Shown here: positions 1-12,397 of the stretch, piece after piece
Position numbering within the stretch: position 1 is the stretch's first letter
Layout of the letters: every line of letters begins with the position of its first letter
Source: Azolla caroliniana
Taxonomy: Eukaryota > Plantae > Polypodiophyta
Assembly (NCBI GenBank): GCA_043228905.1
Contig: JBHGNT010000012.1
Location: 9,486,001-9,550,000, forward strand
DNA: 64,000 nt
Reading direction: 5' to 3'
Translations under genes and position numbers: made by a program
Notes under the pieces: generated by a model
Database searches by the model: none
What the model saw: only the letters and a program-made list of their open reading frames with translations
Told to the model about the DNA's origin: nothing

Positions 1-824
1 CTGTCGGTTGGTGGTGACCATTCCTGACGCCTTTCTCGTCGTCGCCAACCCTGTCCAGCCGGCCTCCAGTCGCATGGCCGCTCTGTTCAGTCGTCACTAT
101 CCGAGCATTCTTCTGGCCTCCGTTTTGGCCACGGTTCGACTGTGTCTAACCGTTTTGGTCTTTGGCTCTGTTCGGTCCTTCTGGCCGTACGACCATCACT
201 TTCTTTCGGGCCCTTCAATCATCTCTATTTGGTTGTGCGTTTATTTCTCCGTCCTTCCCTGTCTTTGTCAACGAAGCATAATTGCACGAACCACACATCA
301 TTTCATGTTCATATTCGCCTTCATCATGATCATCATCTTCTCCCTCTTCGTTAAGAATGATCAAGGTGGATATGATGATGATGATTGAAATGGTGATAAT
401 GAGGAGACACATTTGTGCTTTAACTTGTAAACTGTGGACAAATTTGTCTCTACTTTAATACACATAAGAGGATATATTTGTCTCTGCTTATGACTAAACA
501 TGGATGAGGGATGCTTAACACTTCTTTGTCGATTCATCAATTCCTTGTTTTGTGACGAATACATTGTCAATCTTCAATTTCTCACTCACTTGTACAGTTC
601 CTACACATCATCGCCATCATTTGTTGCTTTTCTTGCATCGTCGTGTATCATTCTTGGACTCCGTCTCCAAAGGGGGGTCGCCTTAGTGGTCGCCAAAAAG
701 TGTTGTAGGATTTTAGGGTTAGGGTTAAGGACGATGATGATGATGAATGATAACTATGATGATTGGTAATGAAGATAGACATGGTGATGGAGAGTATGAT
801 GGTGAGAGAGATCATGTAGAGAAG
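1..824 (-). mobile_element. Probable internal non-coding region of a non-autonomous LTR element (low complexity)
   Basis: GAT/CAT-rich low-complexity DNA with a telobox-like TTTAGGGTTTAGGG at 711-724, compositionally like the interior of element 46488-49351. It adjoins a related LTR. No PBS seen. Confidence 0.3.
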
Positions 825-1219
825 CATTGCGGGGTGGGGGGTGGTGCCTAGAATGGCTCCACCCCCCTCCCAAGGGGTTCAACATTAAAGGGGAGAGAGA
901 GAGGGAGAGAGAGATGACAAGAGAGGGAGAGAGAGATTAAGAGAGAAATGTTCATTCATGTTTCATTCATTCCCCATAAGGGGTTAAATAGTAAAAGAGG
1001 GGGTAGATACATAGGGGTGTAAGCCCCCTCGAGCATTCATACTGGACACTCACTCACACCTCCTCGTATCCATCCACATGCACATACGTGTGCATGTGTT
1101 CACATACGTATAGACTCACAATTATATTTATGCCCCCTACACATACACAACCACATCATGATAACATTCGACCCTCGCTAATCACACTTGACTCTCCGTA
1201 CATCTCGTACGGGGTAACA
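825..1219 (-). repeat. LTR related to the LTRs at 46488-46829 and 49010-49351
   Basis: Shares GGGGTGGGGGGTG..GCCTAGAATGGC..CACCCCC.TCCCAAGGGG, CCCCATAAGGGGTT and the terminus GGGTAACA with those LTRs. Confidence 0.75.
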
Positions 1220-1221
1220 GT

Positions 1222-2751
1222 TTGATTCCGGTAGTTCTCACAATTTTCTTAATGATAACTTGGTGCAGCAAATGCAAATCTTTTGATGTTATTGAAGTTC
1301 ATACCAACCAATTAAGTTCATGTGAATGCACTTTTCCTTCACATTTACTTGGACCTAATGATTTACTCCGAGGAGTGGGTTATATCAATGGAACACAAGC
1401 ACATTTCTTGTTTGATTCCGGTAGTTCTCACAATTTTCTTAATGATCACTTGGTGCAGCAAATGAAAATCCACATAAATGCAAGTGATCATACCTATCAA
1501 GTTCACATGGCAAATGGAGGCATTCAATACATCAATGGCATTGTTTGTCAATTGCCAATTCAAATAGATACCTATCTGGAGAAGCTTGACTTTGAACATG
1601 TTATGAAACTACAATCCGTAGATGTCATTTTAGATACCCTTGGTTTTTTAATAAAAACCCTTCTTTTCTATTGATTGGGTTAATCACTCAATCGCATTTG
1701 AACTTAATAATTGTAAACATTTTATTCAATGTTCCAAACTTCGTTCTCGTTCACTTGTGTCTTATAAATCTTTAAGTGAGTATTCTAGTTCATTAATTTA
1801 TTCGTGTGTAATTGATCCCGCGATTCAATTTTATTATTTTAATATTGACGCCACACAATTACCACATTATGAACGACAATTACTCGACTCTATTTTAGAC
1901 GATTTTCAAAACGTGTTTCCTAACGAATTACCGCTTACTTTAGCACTAAAACGTAATGTGGACCATCAAATTGAACTCATCTCTGGTGTTGCTACTATGA
2001 GCATTCCACCTTATCAACTTAGTCGATTAGAAGAGGATGAGATTAATAAATAACTTAAGGAATACTTGAGTATGGGCCAAATTAGGTATAGTAAATCACC
2101 TTGGGGTGCACCAATTCTATTAGTTAAGAAGAAGGTTCATCGCGAATGTGTATCAATTATCGTCATTTGAATAAAATGACAATAAAAAATGCAAATCGGT
2201 TACCTCGTGCTGATGATTTGATTGATCGTTTGCATGGGCCCCGATATTTTATGAAAATTGACTTACGAACAGGTTATCATCAAATTCACATTGCCGAAGA
2301 TGATACTCCTAAAACAGCTTTTCGTACACGTTATGGCCATTATGAGTTTTTAGTCATGCCTTTCGATTGACTAATGTGCCAACCACATTCCAACAAGCGA
2401 TGAATGATTTTTTCCAAGATCAACTCGGTGATTTTGTTGTTGTCTTCTTGGATGATATTCTCATATATACCCGCGCCTTGCAAGATCATATTCAACATGT
2501 TCGCACCTATGCAAAACATTCGAAAATGTGATTTTTTCCAAAAATCCATTGTGTACCTAGGTCATTAAATTATGGAAAATGGTGTTGAAATTGAACCTTC
2601 TCATATTGAAAAGGTTAAACATTGGCCCATTCATCGTAATATTAGTGAACTTCGATCATTCTTAGCATTTGTTGGATTTTTACGAAAATCAATTTGTAAC
2701 TAGTACAAATTGACCACACCATTAACTGACCTTTTAAAAGGTCATCCACGC
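1222..2751 (+). pseudogene. H1 pol part 1: aspartic protease and RT (degenerate)
   Basis: FLFDSGSSHNF; MCINYRHLN; [11 protein letters not shown]; YEFLVMPF; FLDDILIY. Contains stops and frameshifts. Confidence 0.9.
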
Positions 2752-3451
2752 TGTCGTAGTGTGAATCACACACTACGTGAAATATGTAAAACACTATATC
2801 TGATTTAGAGTACGTATAATAAATAAAAAATAAAATATTAAAAATATTTATTACGTGCATAGGGCAAGATTAGAACCCTGTACCTCCACATAGACAAACC
2901 CCAACCTTACCACTATACTAGCATACTATAAATTTTAAAGTTATACTAAACTTTGTCCCATGTAAATATTCTAGATATGCATGGTACAAAAAGTTATTGA
3001 TGCATACACACTCGAGTTAAAAGAAAAGATGGGACAGAAAGCTAATCATGCACATGTAGAGTGCATGAAAACTAAAGTAAAGCTAATCATGCACATGTAG
3101 TGTGCATGAAAACTAAAGTTAGGAAAAGCATGATGCTTGCATGTGATAAACTTAGACTCTTCCAACACTATATAAGGAAGAGAGAAAGATGTATAGGGTT
3201 GTTGCTTATTTTACAAGGGTGGATTAATATAATATAATCGTGGGATTCACGAATTTGCTAACTATTTTTCTCTCTTAATCTGAGTACTCACTAATACACT
3301 ATACTCATGGGATTCACGAGTTTTTCATATCTTTCTTTCTTACAACATATTTCATATTCTTCATTGCCTTAGAATTTTCTTTTCTCCTAGTCCAAAACCT
3401 CAGTGGTTCCCGCCCGACTCACGCAACGATCGGGAGCCGAAAGGCACAACA
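2752..3451 (+). repeat. 5' LTR of element A
   Basis: Near-identical to 8342-8999 except for a ~41-bp internal duplication at ~3038-3119. Confidence 0.95.
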
Positions 3452-3455
3452 CAAT

Positions 3456-3473
3456 TGGTGAACCCGACGTGAA
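3456..3473 (+). promoter_or_regulatory. Primer-binding site, tRNA-Trp
   Basis: TGGTGAACCCGACGTGAA is the complement of the plant tRNA-Trp 3' end, 4 nt after the LTR. Confidence 0.9.
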
Positions 3474-3488
3474 CACGGGTGGCAAGGA

Positions 3489-5532
3489 GATGGAAAATCA
3501 ACCGGAGACTAACAACATGATGATGATGTTCGAGCGGATGCTTCAAGAACAACGTGTGATGTCGGAGATAGCAGCGGCAGTAGAGCGGCTCGTGCAACGG
3601 ATCGGGCAATTTAACGGAAAGGACGTATCACGCTATCTTCGGGACTACAAGGCGGAAATGATACGGTGCGGGATTTCGGAAGGACTGCAAGTGACATCCT
3701 TCAACCGGGTGGCTACCGACGGGCTTCAAGCAAGTATCCACGGGCTACGACAACAAAATCCGACGTGGGAAGCGTTTGAAGAGGCACTAAAGACCACGTT
3801 CGCTATTGAGGACTCCTCCAAGGCAATGTGGAGAGGATTCGAGGATTGGGTGGAAACGCCGGACAAGGGGATGAAGGTCCTCGATGTGTTTTCGGCATTC
3901 GAAAGTCGGTTCGCGAGGTTGTCTGCGAGAGATCAAGCTATCCTTGCACCGGACAAAGTTATCATGTTCTTACGAGCCGTAGACGTCCGGGACCGAAAGG
4001 ATCTTGGAGTGCTTCTAGAGGACACGACTACTGAGAGTGGCCTCACCGAAACATGGGAAAGCGTGCGGGATATCGTCGCGCGATAGACAAAGAGGGGGCA
4101 ATGGCTTGCCAACGAAGAAAAGAGGGTTTCGGAACCGATTCCGAAACCAAGATCCGGATAGGAAGACCATCAACCGCGGGCTCGGGAGACTACGACCGAG
4201 AAGGGAATCGACGCAACCACGGTGGAGCAATTGCTAAAGGAGATGGAGAATCTGAAAATTGTGATGGTGAAGAAGACGGAAGACCGTCCCATAAGTTCCA
4301 AGTACATGGACCGTCGATGCATATGGTGCAATAGCACCGAACATGATCGGAGAGATTGCGACGAGCACAAGGAGGCGCTACGACGAGATCTTATCTACTA
4401 CGAGGGAAATCAGATTAATTCGATGGATTCTTGGAAGCTACTCCGACCGAACTTCCGGAAAGGCAGCATGAAGAAGGTCCTAGAGGAGGAGATCGTGGCG
4501 AAAGACAATTATGCGACAACCGTGGGAATACGCGTGGGGGAGTCATCTACAACAAAGGCGTCTTTTTGGCCGGAAGTGTTAGAAATTTCGAAGAAAGCCG
4601 ACCATGATGAAATCCGAAGCGCCGCGGAATGTATCCGGGAAGGTACGGGATGGGAGTGCCATGTAGATAAGAATAGAGTACATGTGCTATGTCAATTGCA
4701 TGAAGTGTATGTAGACGAGAAACGACGGCGCACGGATGATGCGGCCGGATCATCGAAGACGCCGGAAAGTTGGAACTCCAGAGGGAAGGGAAAAGAAAAG
4801 AAGATTCCGGCATTCAAGCTCACCTCGGACATCGAACAACAAACGAACTTGAAAAAGGTGTTTGAGGAGAGAATTCTCGATAGTCGGGTAGAATTTTCGT
4901 TTCGGGAATTACTCGGAATAGCGAAGAAGGAGTTCCACGATCTTCTTGTGAATCTCGTGAAGAGAAAAAGACAAAGTACGGAGGAAAATGCTCCAAGGGT
5001 GAATGCAAATACCGTCTTAATGAATGACACCGAAGTGGAGGACGAAATACCGAACTCCCACTACACAAGGCCACACTGGGCACGTGCAACTACGGAGACT
5101 CCGGTCCGAATCGGCAACATCAAAGAGCCCGTGCTAGCATTGATTGATCACGGATTGGAGATCAATTTGATGTTTAAGGATTTCTACCGGAAGGGGAAGT
5201 GGCCTATTAACACCAATCATGGATGGAAGATCCCGGTGGCCACTAAAGCAACGGAAGATCTATTTGCTGCTTGTCGGGATGTGACGGTGAAAATCGGGGA
5301 TGTCGAGATCGACAAAAATTTCTTCGTACAAGACGTGGTCTCACACTCCGTGATCCTCGGGCAACCCTTTATCACGGTTTCATGGATGGAGACAAAGGTG
5401 CTCGATAGCGGTGCGGCTTTCGCACGAATTCGGAGCCAAAGCGGAGGGAAATCCGTCCAATTCCTAACTGTGCCGGCAAATCATGAAAGGAACAAGAGAG
5501 AGCTCTTGTCCCAAACAAGGATTGATTTTTAG
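3489..5532 (+). pseudogene. Element A gag-protease (one premature stop)
   Basis: ORFs 3403-4086 and 4222-5532 are in the same frame. Zn knuckle CIWCNSTEHDRRDC; protease LIDHGLEINLM...VILGQPF. Confidence 0.85.
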
Positions 5533-5666
5533 AGCGGACTGTTGCGGAGTGGGGAAGTGATAGTCCAAGAAGCCTTGATACCCCACACAGGAAGAAAACC
5601 CTCTGAGCAAAACAAGTACGAATCGGTCCAGATGGGGCATCTACGTACACGGCCGTAACTAGAGGA

Positions 5667-8285
5667 ATGAAGAAAGAATACCAAAAAGTAGAGGATAAGT
5701 TGTGGTCGGCATCAATAATAAAAGAAGACGAAGAAATCGTGGGGGTAGTCGAAGAAGTGTTCTATGGGAACACGCTACAACGGCTTGAAGAGCTTGTGGA
5801 GGATAAAAGCCAAGGAGACCGGGTAGTCCCGGTGGAATCGGTGGAGATGTACGAGATCATTGCAAAAATGGGGTTGGATGCGCTCCGCAAAGAAGAAGTA
5901 ATGGTAAGAACGAAATACAAGACCATGGAGAAGAAAGTGAAACCGGCCGCGGGACCATTACCCGCCGATAGCGAGCAAAAGAGGAAAGAAGTCTCGGGAG
6001 ACCCGACACTTCGAAAGTCCGTGGATATCGGACATGCCTTCACGGATGAGACCCGGAAGGTGGTTTCCTTTTACAAAATGAAGAAGAACAATTCCGTGGG
6101 ATGTTGGAACAACATGGGAAAGCATTTGCATTCACATCGAAGGAGATAGGGTGCGTTGATCCGAAGATAGTGGAGCCGATGGTGATCTTCACGATTGACC
6201 ATGTGTCGTGGAACCTGAAGCCGATTCCGGTGCCGCGGGCGCATATTCCCAAAATCATCGACTTGCTCAAGGAGAAGGTGGCGATGGGGATTCTAGAGCC
6301 ATCAAACGTTCTGTACTCAAATCGATGGTTTACGGTTCTGAAGAAGAATGGGTCACTCTGATTTATCCAAGACTTGCAACTGGTGAACAAAGTCATGATC
6401 CGAAATTCCGGAGTCGGTCCGATAGTGGACGAATTTGCGGAAGCATTTGCCGATCGTGCGATATATTCCATCAAAGACCTATACTCGGGGTATGACCAAT
6501 TCCAACTACGGTGTTGCATGATACCGGATGTGGCTATGCTAAGGTGGATTGCATATATTAAGCCACTTAATCCGGAGGTACGACACATCTCCGGAAAAGA
6601 CAACGCGGTAGCGGATATGCTATCAAGGGCGCGGTTCGGAGATGACATAACCGAATCCGATAATGAAGAAGTTTCCGAAGACTACTTTGCTTCGGAGCCA
6701 TATGCCGGGTGAACGTAATTCGAGAATTCCGGGAAGAAGAATACGAGGGAGAAAGCTTGTTGATTGGGAAAGTGCTACAAGAAATCGAGGAATCATCGGA
6801 CAATAAAGAGAAGAGAGCCAAGATCCGAAGTAAGAAGCGGCAAGTCCGAAAGTTCTTCTTGAAAAATGGATTAATATGGAAGGAGCCGAAAAGACCAGAT
6901 GACATACCACTTCGGGTAGTCGGGACGAAAGAGCAACGAAACCGGATAATGTCTGAGTTTCACGAATCCGATTGGGCTGGACATCGAGGAACATGGGCAA
7001 CTTTTGTGAAAATCAAACAAAAATATTGGTGGAAGAATATGTACAAAGATATAGCGGAGTTCACGGAAAGCTGTGAGAAGTGTCAAATCTACTCCGGAGT
7101 TCGACATCGAAGAACATGGGCAACTTTTGTGAAAATCAAACAAAAATATTGGTGGAAGAATATGTACAAAGATATAGCGGAGTTCACGGAAAGCTGTGAG
7201 AAGTGTCAAATCTACTCCGGAGTTCGACACCGAGATGAGTTACATCCGACATTCTCACCGACAATCAACTTCAAATGGATGGTCGATATTGTAGCCATGC
7301 CAACCGGGATCAGACAAAAGAAGTACTTGGTGTTAGCTCAGGAAGATCTCACAAACCAAGTAGGGTCAGGTGCTACGAAGGAAAACGTGTTCTGCGGTAT
7401 GCCAATTTCTTTTGGAGGAGGTGTTTTGCAGGTACGGGTGCGTAGGACAAGTGATTGCGGATCGGGGAGAACTCGACTTTGATAAAGCTAAGGAATTCTT
7501 CACCAAACATGGAGTTCGGTTAACACTAACAACGGCATACAATGCGAAGGCCAACGGGAAAATCGAATGACGACATAGTCCGATCGTCAAAGCACTTGCC
7601 AAAGCATGTGACGGAAGGGTGAAGGATTGACCGTAGATGCTCCCGTATGCACTATGGGCGGATTGGACGACGCATAGCTCCTTAACCGGTTACATGTTGG
7701 TAGAACTCATGACCGGACAAGCACCGTAATGCCAACGGAAACCGCGATCGCAACATGGACAATGCTACCGTAGAAGGAAGAGATGAGCCGGGAAGAACTA
7801 CTAGCGGTCCGGATACGACAACTAGAGGGAAGACCGGAAGACACAGCGGAAGCAATATGCCAACAACAAGAAGTGCGATTCCGGAATAAAAGCCGGTTCG
7901 ACACAAAGCACTGACTACGACCGCGGAAGATTGAAGAAGGAGATTGGGTGATTGTCTACGACAGTAGTTTGGATCATCAACATACAATGATTGGAAGTTC
8001 TCAAAAAGGTGGTTCGGGCCATACGAGGTTCGGAAAGTTTTCGACAACGGAACTTACCGACTATGCGAGTTGGGTGGAACGATACTACGAGTGCCTATAG
8101 CCGGGAAACGGGTGAAGATTTTCAAAAAGCGGATTGATGAAGAACCCTATGTGATCCTAGATAAGACCAACAAGGAGGAGCAATCAGACGAAGATCGCGG
8201 TGATGCGGAAAGCGAAGAAAGTGGATTACAACTCATAGTCGACTTAAGGGGAGAATCGGAGGAAGATTCAGATGAAGGTGAATAG
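5667..8285 (+). pseudogene. Element A pol remnant (RT N-terminus, RH C-terminus, integrase)
   Basis: DLYSGYDQFQL is joined directly to AMLRWIAYIK...HISGKDNAVADMLSR. Integrase motifs HESDWAGHRG, KWMVDIV, ADRGE, ANGKIE. Confidence 0.85.
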
Positions 8286-8341
8286 CAAACATCGAGGACT
8301 TCGGCACATACCGGAGGATGTGCAGGTTCGGAGGGGGCGAG

Positions 8342-8999
8342 TGTCGTAGTGTGAATCACACACTACGTGAAATATGTAAAACACTATATCCGATTTAGAG
8401 TACGTATAATAAATAAAAAATAAAATATTAAAAATATTTATTACGTGTATACGGCAGGATTAGAACCCTGTACCTCCACGTAGACAAACCCTAGCCTTAC
8501 CACTATACTAGCATACTATAAATTTTAAAGTTATACTAAACTTTGTCCCATGTAAATATTCTAGATATGCATGGTACAAAAAGTTATTGATGCATACACA
8601 CTCGAGTTAAAAGAAAAGATGGGATAGAAAGCTAATCATGCACATGTAGCGTGCATGAAAACTAAAGTTAGGAAAAGCATGATGCTTGCATGTGATAAAC
8701 TTAGACTCTTCCAACACTATATAAGAGGAGAGAAAGATGTATAGGGTTGTTGCTTATTTTACAAGGGTGGATTAATATAATATAATCGTGGGATTCACGA
8801 ATTTGCTAACTATTTTTCTCTCTTAATCTGAGTACTCACTAATACACTATACTCGTGGGATTCACGAGTTTTTCATATCTTTCTTTCTTACAACATATTT
8901 CATATTCTTCATTGTCTTAGAATTTTCTTTTCTCCTAGTCCAAAACCTCAGTGGTTCCCGCCCGACTCACGCAACGATCCGGAGCCGAAAGGCACGACA
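8342..8999 (+). repeat. 3' LTR of element A
   Basis: Direct repeat of 2752-3451, followed by TSD ACGC. Confidence 0.95.
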
Positions 9000-9003
9000 A
9001 CGC

Positions 9004-10353
9004 AAGTCAGTCAAAACAATTTCTTGGAATGACAAACTTGACACATCATTGCAGACACTCAAAGAGCATGTGTGTCAAGCTCCCACTCTTACATTACCGG
9101 ACCCTTCCAAGCCTTTCTCAATCGGAACTGATGCTAGTGATTATGTTATTGGTGTCGTCCTTTATCAAGGCGGTCACCCTATTATGGTTATAATGAACCA
9201 TCAATCTGTGAAGTATTTTTATGACTAGCCAGATCTTGTTGTTCGTAAAGGCCATTGGGCTGACCTTATGCAAGATTTTGATTTTTCCATACGATATCAC
9301 AAACGGTTTGTTCTACCATAGTGAAAAGGTTAGTGTTTGAGATTTACCAAACGTAAAACAGAAAATTCTTCATGAATGTCATGATGCACCATCAGTTGGT
9401 CATCCTAGAATACAACGCACACTCATTCTCATCTCAAGTATTTTTTTCTGGCCTAAGATGGGCTCTGACTTGCAGAAATACGTGACTCAATGCTTAGAAT
9501 GTCAGATTAATAAGTCGGAAAGACTTAAAGCTATTGGTATTTTACATCCCTTATATATTCCCAACAACAAATGGGAAAGTATCTCGATGGATTTTATTGT
9601 TAGTTTACCTCGTACACAAAGGGGTCACGATACCATTTGGGTTGTCGTTGACCTACTAACAAAATTGGCTAGATTTATTCCTACAAAAACCATGGTAACC
9701 ACTGAACAATTGGCTTATCAATTTGTTGATGAGTTATTTCGTTTTTATGGATTACCGATGGGTATTGTTAGTGATTGAGATTCCAAGTTTACTAGTGACT
9801 TTTGGACTCAGGTCTTTAAGAAACTAGAAACTACGTTCAGCATGAGTTCCGTAGATCATCCTCAGTCTAATGGAAAAACTGAACGAGTTAATCAAATTAT
9901 CGAGGACATGTTTCGAGCTTATGTAGCAAAAACCCCTTCTAAGTGGGAGAAATACCTTCCTATCTTAGAATTTGCCTATAATAGCTCTAAATATACATCC
10001 ACTTGATATAGTCCTTTTATGTTCATGTATGGTGTTTAGCCACGTGCCCCAATCGATGTCACCATTCATCGTGATACACTAGACAATACACACATTTTTT
10101 TGCAAGACATGAACCAAATGTTGCAAATTGCCAAAGAAAATGTTTGGACAACTCATGATTGTGCTCAATTTATGCTGATAAGGATAGATGTCCTTGTGCA
10201 TTTACTATTGGTCAAAAAGTTTTTTTACGTGTCCCTATTGACTCTACGTCATTGTCTACGGGCAAGTGCGCTAAGTTAGCCTGATGATATTGTGGCCCAT
10301 TTGAAATCCTTAAGCAATTTGGGTCATCTGCTTATCACCTTGCCTTATGCCAT
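9004..10353 (+). pseudogene. H1 pol part 2: RNase H remnant and integrase
   Basis: ETDASDY; HDAPSVGHP; WESISMDFIVSLPRT...WVVVDLLTKLARFIP. Confidence 0.9.
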
Positions 10354-10592
10354 TGTCGTGTGAATTTTCACACACTATGTAAAAAAATAATGAAATAATT
10401 ATTTTAGATTAGATTAGTAGCTTGTTATGGGGAAAATAGAGCTATAATTTATCCCACATAGATAGGAAATTTAAGGCCCTGGCTATATAAGCACATTGAG
10501 ATCCCTTATTTTTCATTTGTGCTAAGAGCACTTTGGCCACTTTGTCAAGATTGATGAATGTGGCCAAGTTCACAAAAACCGATTGACATAAA

Positions 10593-10830
10593 ATGGAACC
10601 GTCCGGTAATGGAACTGAAACCAGCTAGTAATGGAACCAGAACCAGTCGGTAAGCAAACCTGAACTTGCCGGTAATCAAAATGGAACCAGCGGGTAAGCG
10701 ATTCGGAACCAGCAAGTAAGCAATCTGGAACCGATCGGTAAGCAAACCGGAACTTGTTGGTAATCAAAATGGAACCAACCGGTAAGCAATCCTGAACCGG
10801 CCAGTAATTAAATCAGAACCGGTGAAACCA
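10593..10830 (+). repeat. ~21-bp tandem minisatellite inside the LTR of E (also ~19160-19350)
   Basis: Repeated GGAACCGGCCGGTAAGCAAAC / GGAACTTG..GGTAATCAAAAT units. Confidence 0.85.
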
Positions 10831-11570
10831 ACAATCGGATGGAGTCGGAAACCGGGCGAAGCTTGCAACCGGAAACCGGCGATCGGACGAGGCTGGACAC
10901 GGGCCGAATGGATTGGATGGGCGGCGATCAAGACGAACGGATGATAGGATCATGTGGCAAATTAAAGTAAAGTAAAAGAGACTAAAGTAAAGGCCATGTG
11001 GATGGTCGCATGCAACTAAAAGAAAAAAGACATGCAACTAAAAATGGATGCAACTAAAAGTAGAGACCATCCAACTAAAACTAGACATGCAAAGTAACAT
11101 GGATGACTATGATCAACGGAGAACTCCATATAAAATTCCATTTGTTTTCCTACACTAACACTCTCTTCATTTTTTATTTATTTTTCTTTTCCTTCTTAGC
11201 TCTCTTATCTTGTCGAAGCTATAACACTCAAAACCCTAATTTTCCGTACGGAAGCCATAACACTGAAAAACCCTAATTTTCCCTATGGAAGCCATATCTC
11301 TCAAAACCCCTAATTTTTCTTTTCTATTAATCTCAGTAAACCTAAAACTTATGAATCCCAATCTTGGGACATATCGTAATTTCTTTTCCTTTGCTAAAGA
11401 AAAATTATTAGATTTCTTCTTTCCATTAATTGTTAAAAGTATAAACCCACGAATGTGATATCCTCCGGTCGGAGGCCCCGGGGTCCTGCCTCAAGTTCAC
11501 GTATCCTCGTCGTATTTTCGCGACATCTTTGGTGAACCCGACGTGAAACGAGGCAGCAAGAGGATATCTC

Positions 11571-12026
11571 ATGGAGGCATATAGATACAAAGAGCCGAAG
11601 AGATGTGGCCTATACGAATTCGACCAATGGGTATCATCATTAAAGACCCACCAAACTGCCATGCATGCTTTCGTTGAGTTCGAGTGTCGCTTTGCACAAC
11701 TCTCGGAGCGGGATCAAAGATTGGTGGGGGTGGATAAAGTCTTAATGTTTGTGAAATCGATCGATTGGAATGAAAGGAATGCAATTGAAATCCGACTTGA
11801 GGATGACGATGGTGCAAATGGCCTCACAGAAGATTGGACTAAAGTGGAAAGAGTATGTCGACTTCACGATAAGAGGAAGACAAGATTCTCATCGGCAATA
11901 ACACAACCCATGACGGATGGTGAAATGAGGATAGGTAGCAACAACAAACTACCACCTAAAGAAGAGAGCTTGAAGAGGGAAGGTTCGATGTTACTCGACA
12001 TAGAGGCCTTCATAACGAGGCATATG
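11571..12026 (+). pseudogene. Gag-like fragment of E; continues at 17778-18840 as an acidic low-complexity ORF
   Basis: FECRFAQLSERDQRLVGVDKVLMFVKSID resembles element A gag FESRFARLSARDQAILAPDKVIMFLRAVD. Confidence 0.75.
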
Positions 12027-12357
12027 TGTTGAGTGGCAAGCTCAACCGGATCTGGATTGGTTGAATAAGCTTGAGCCGGATCGGCATCCGGAAGGATGAA
12101 GCCGGATCGGCGAGCCAGTGAGCAAGCAAGTCGGTGAGCTGGGGAGCCGGTTAGTCGGATCCATCAGTAATCGGTACTTCTAGGGAGTTAGACTACTAGG
12201 GAGTTAATAGTCTCCTAGTTAGTGTCAGACTCTCGAGTGAGCATTGAAGTACGCGGTACTTCTGTCAGTCCTCTCAGGACTTGTATAAATAGTGCTATTG
12301 AGCACGTTTCATGTACAGAGAACTATTATTGTTTTGTAATAGATCCAAAAACGTTCT

Positions 12358-12397
<40 letters not shown>

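Larger units (their letters stand above)
2752..8999 (+). mobile_element. Non-chromoviral Ty3/gypsy element A (tRNA-Trp primed, Selgy/Phygy-like), RT/RH internally deleted
   Basis: LTRs 2752-3451 and 8342-8999 (TGTCG...ACA), TSD ACGC, PBS 3456-3473, PPT GAGGGGGCGAG 8331-8341. Confidence 0.92.

Noticed and set aside
711-730. Interstitial telomere (also 48069-48090)
   Set aside because: Only 2-3 imperfect TTTAGGG units, typical of telobox-like motifs in plant retroelements.
12359-12395. (CT)n length difference between the copia I LTRs
   Set aside because: Ordinary microsatellite slippage.
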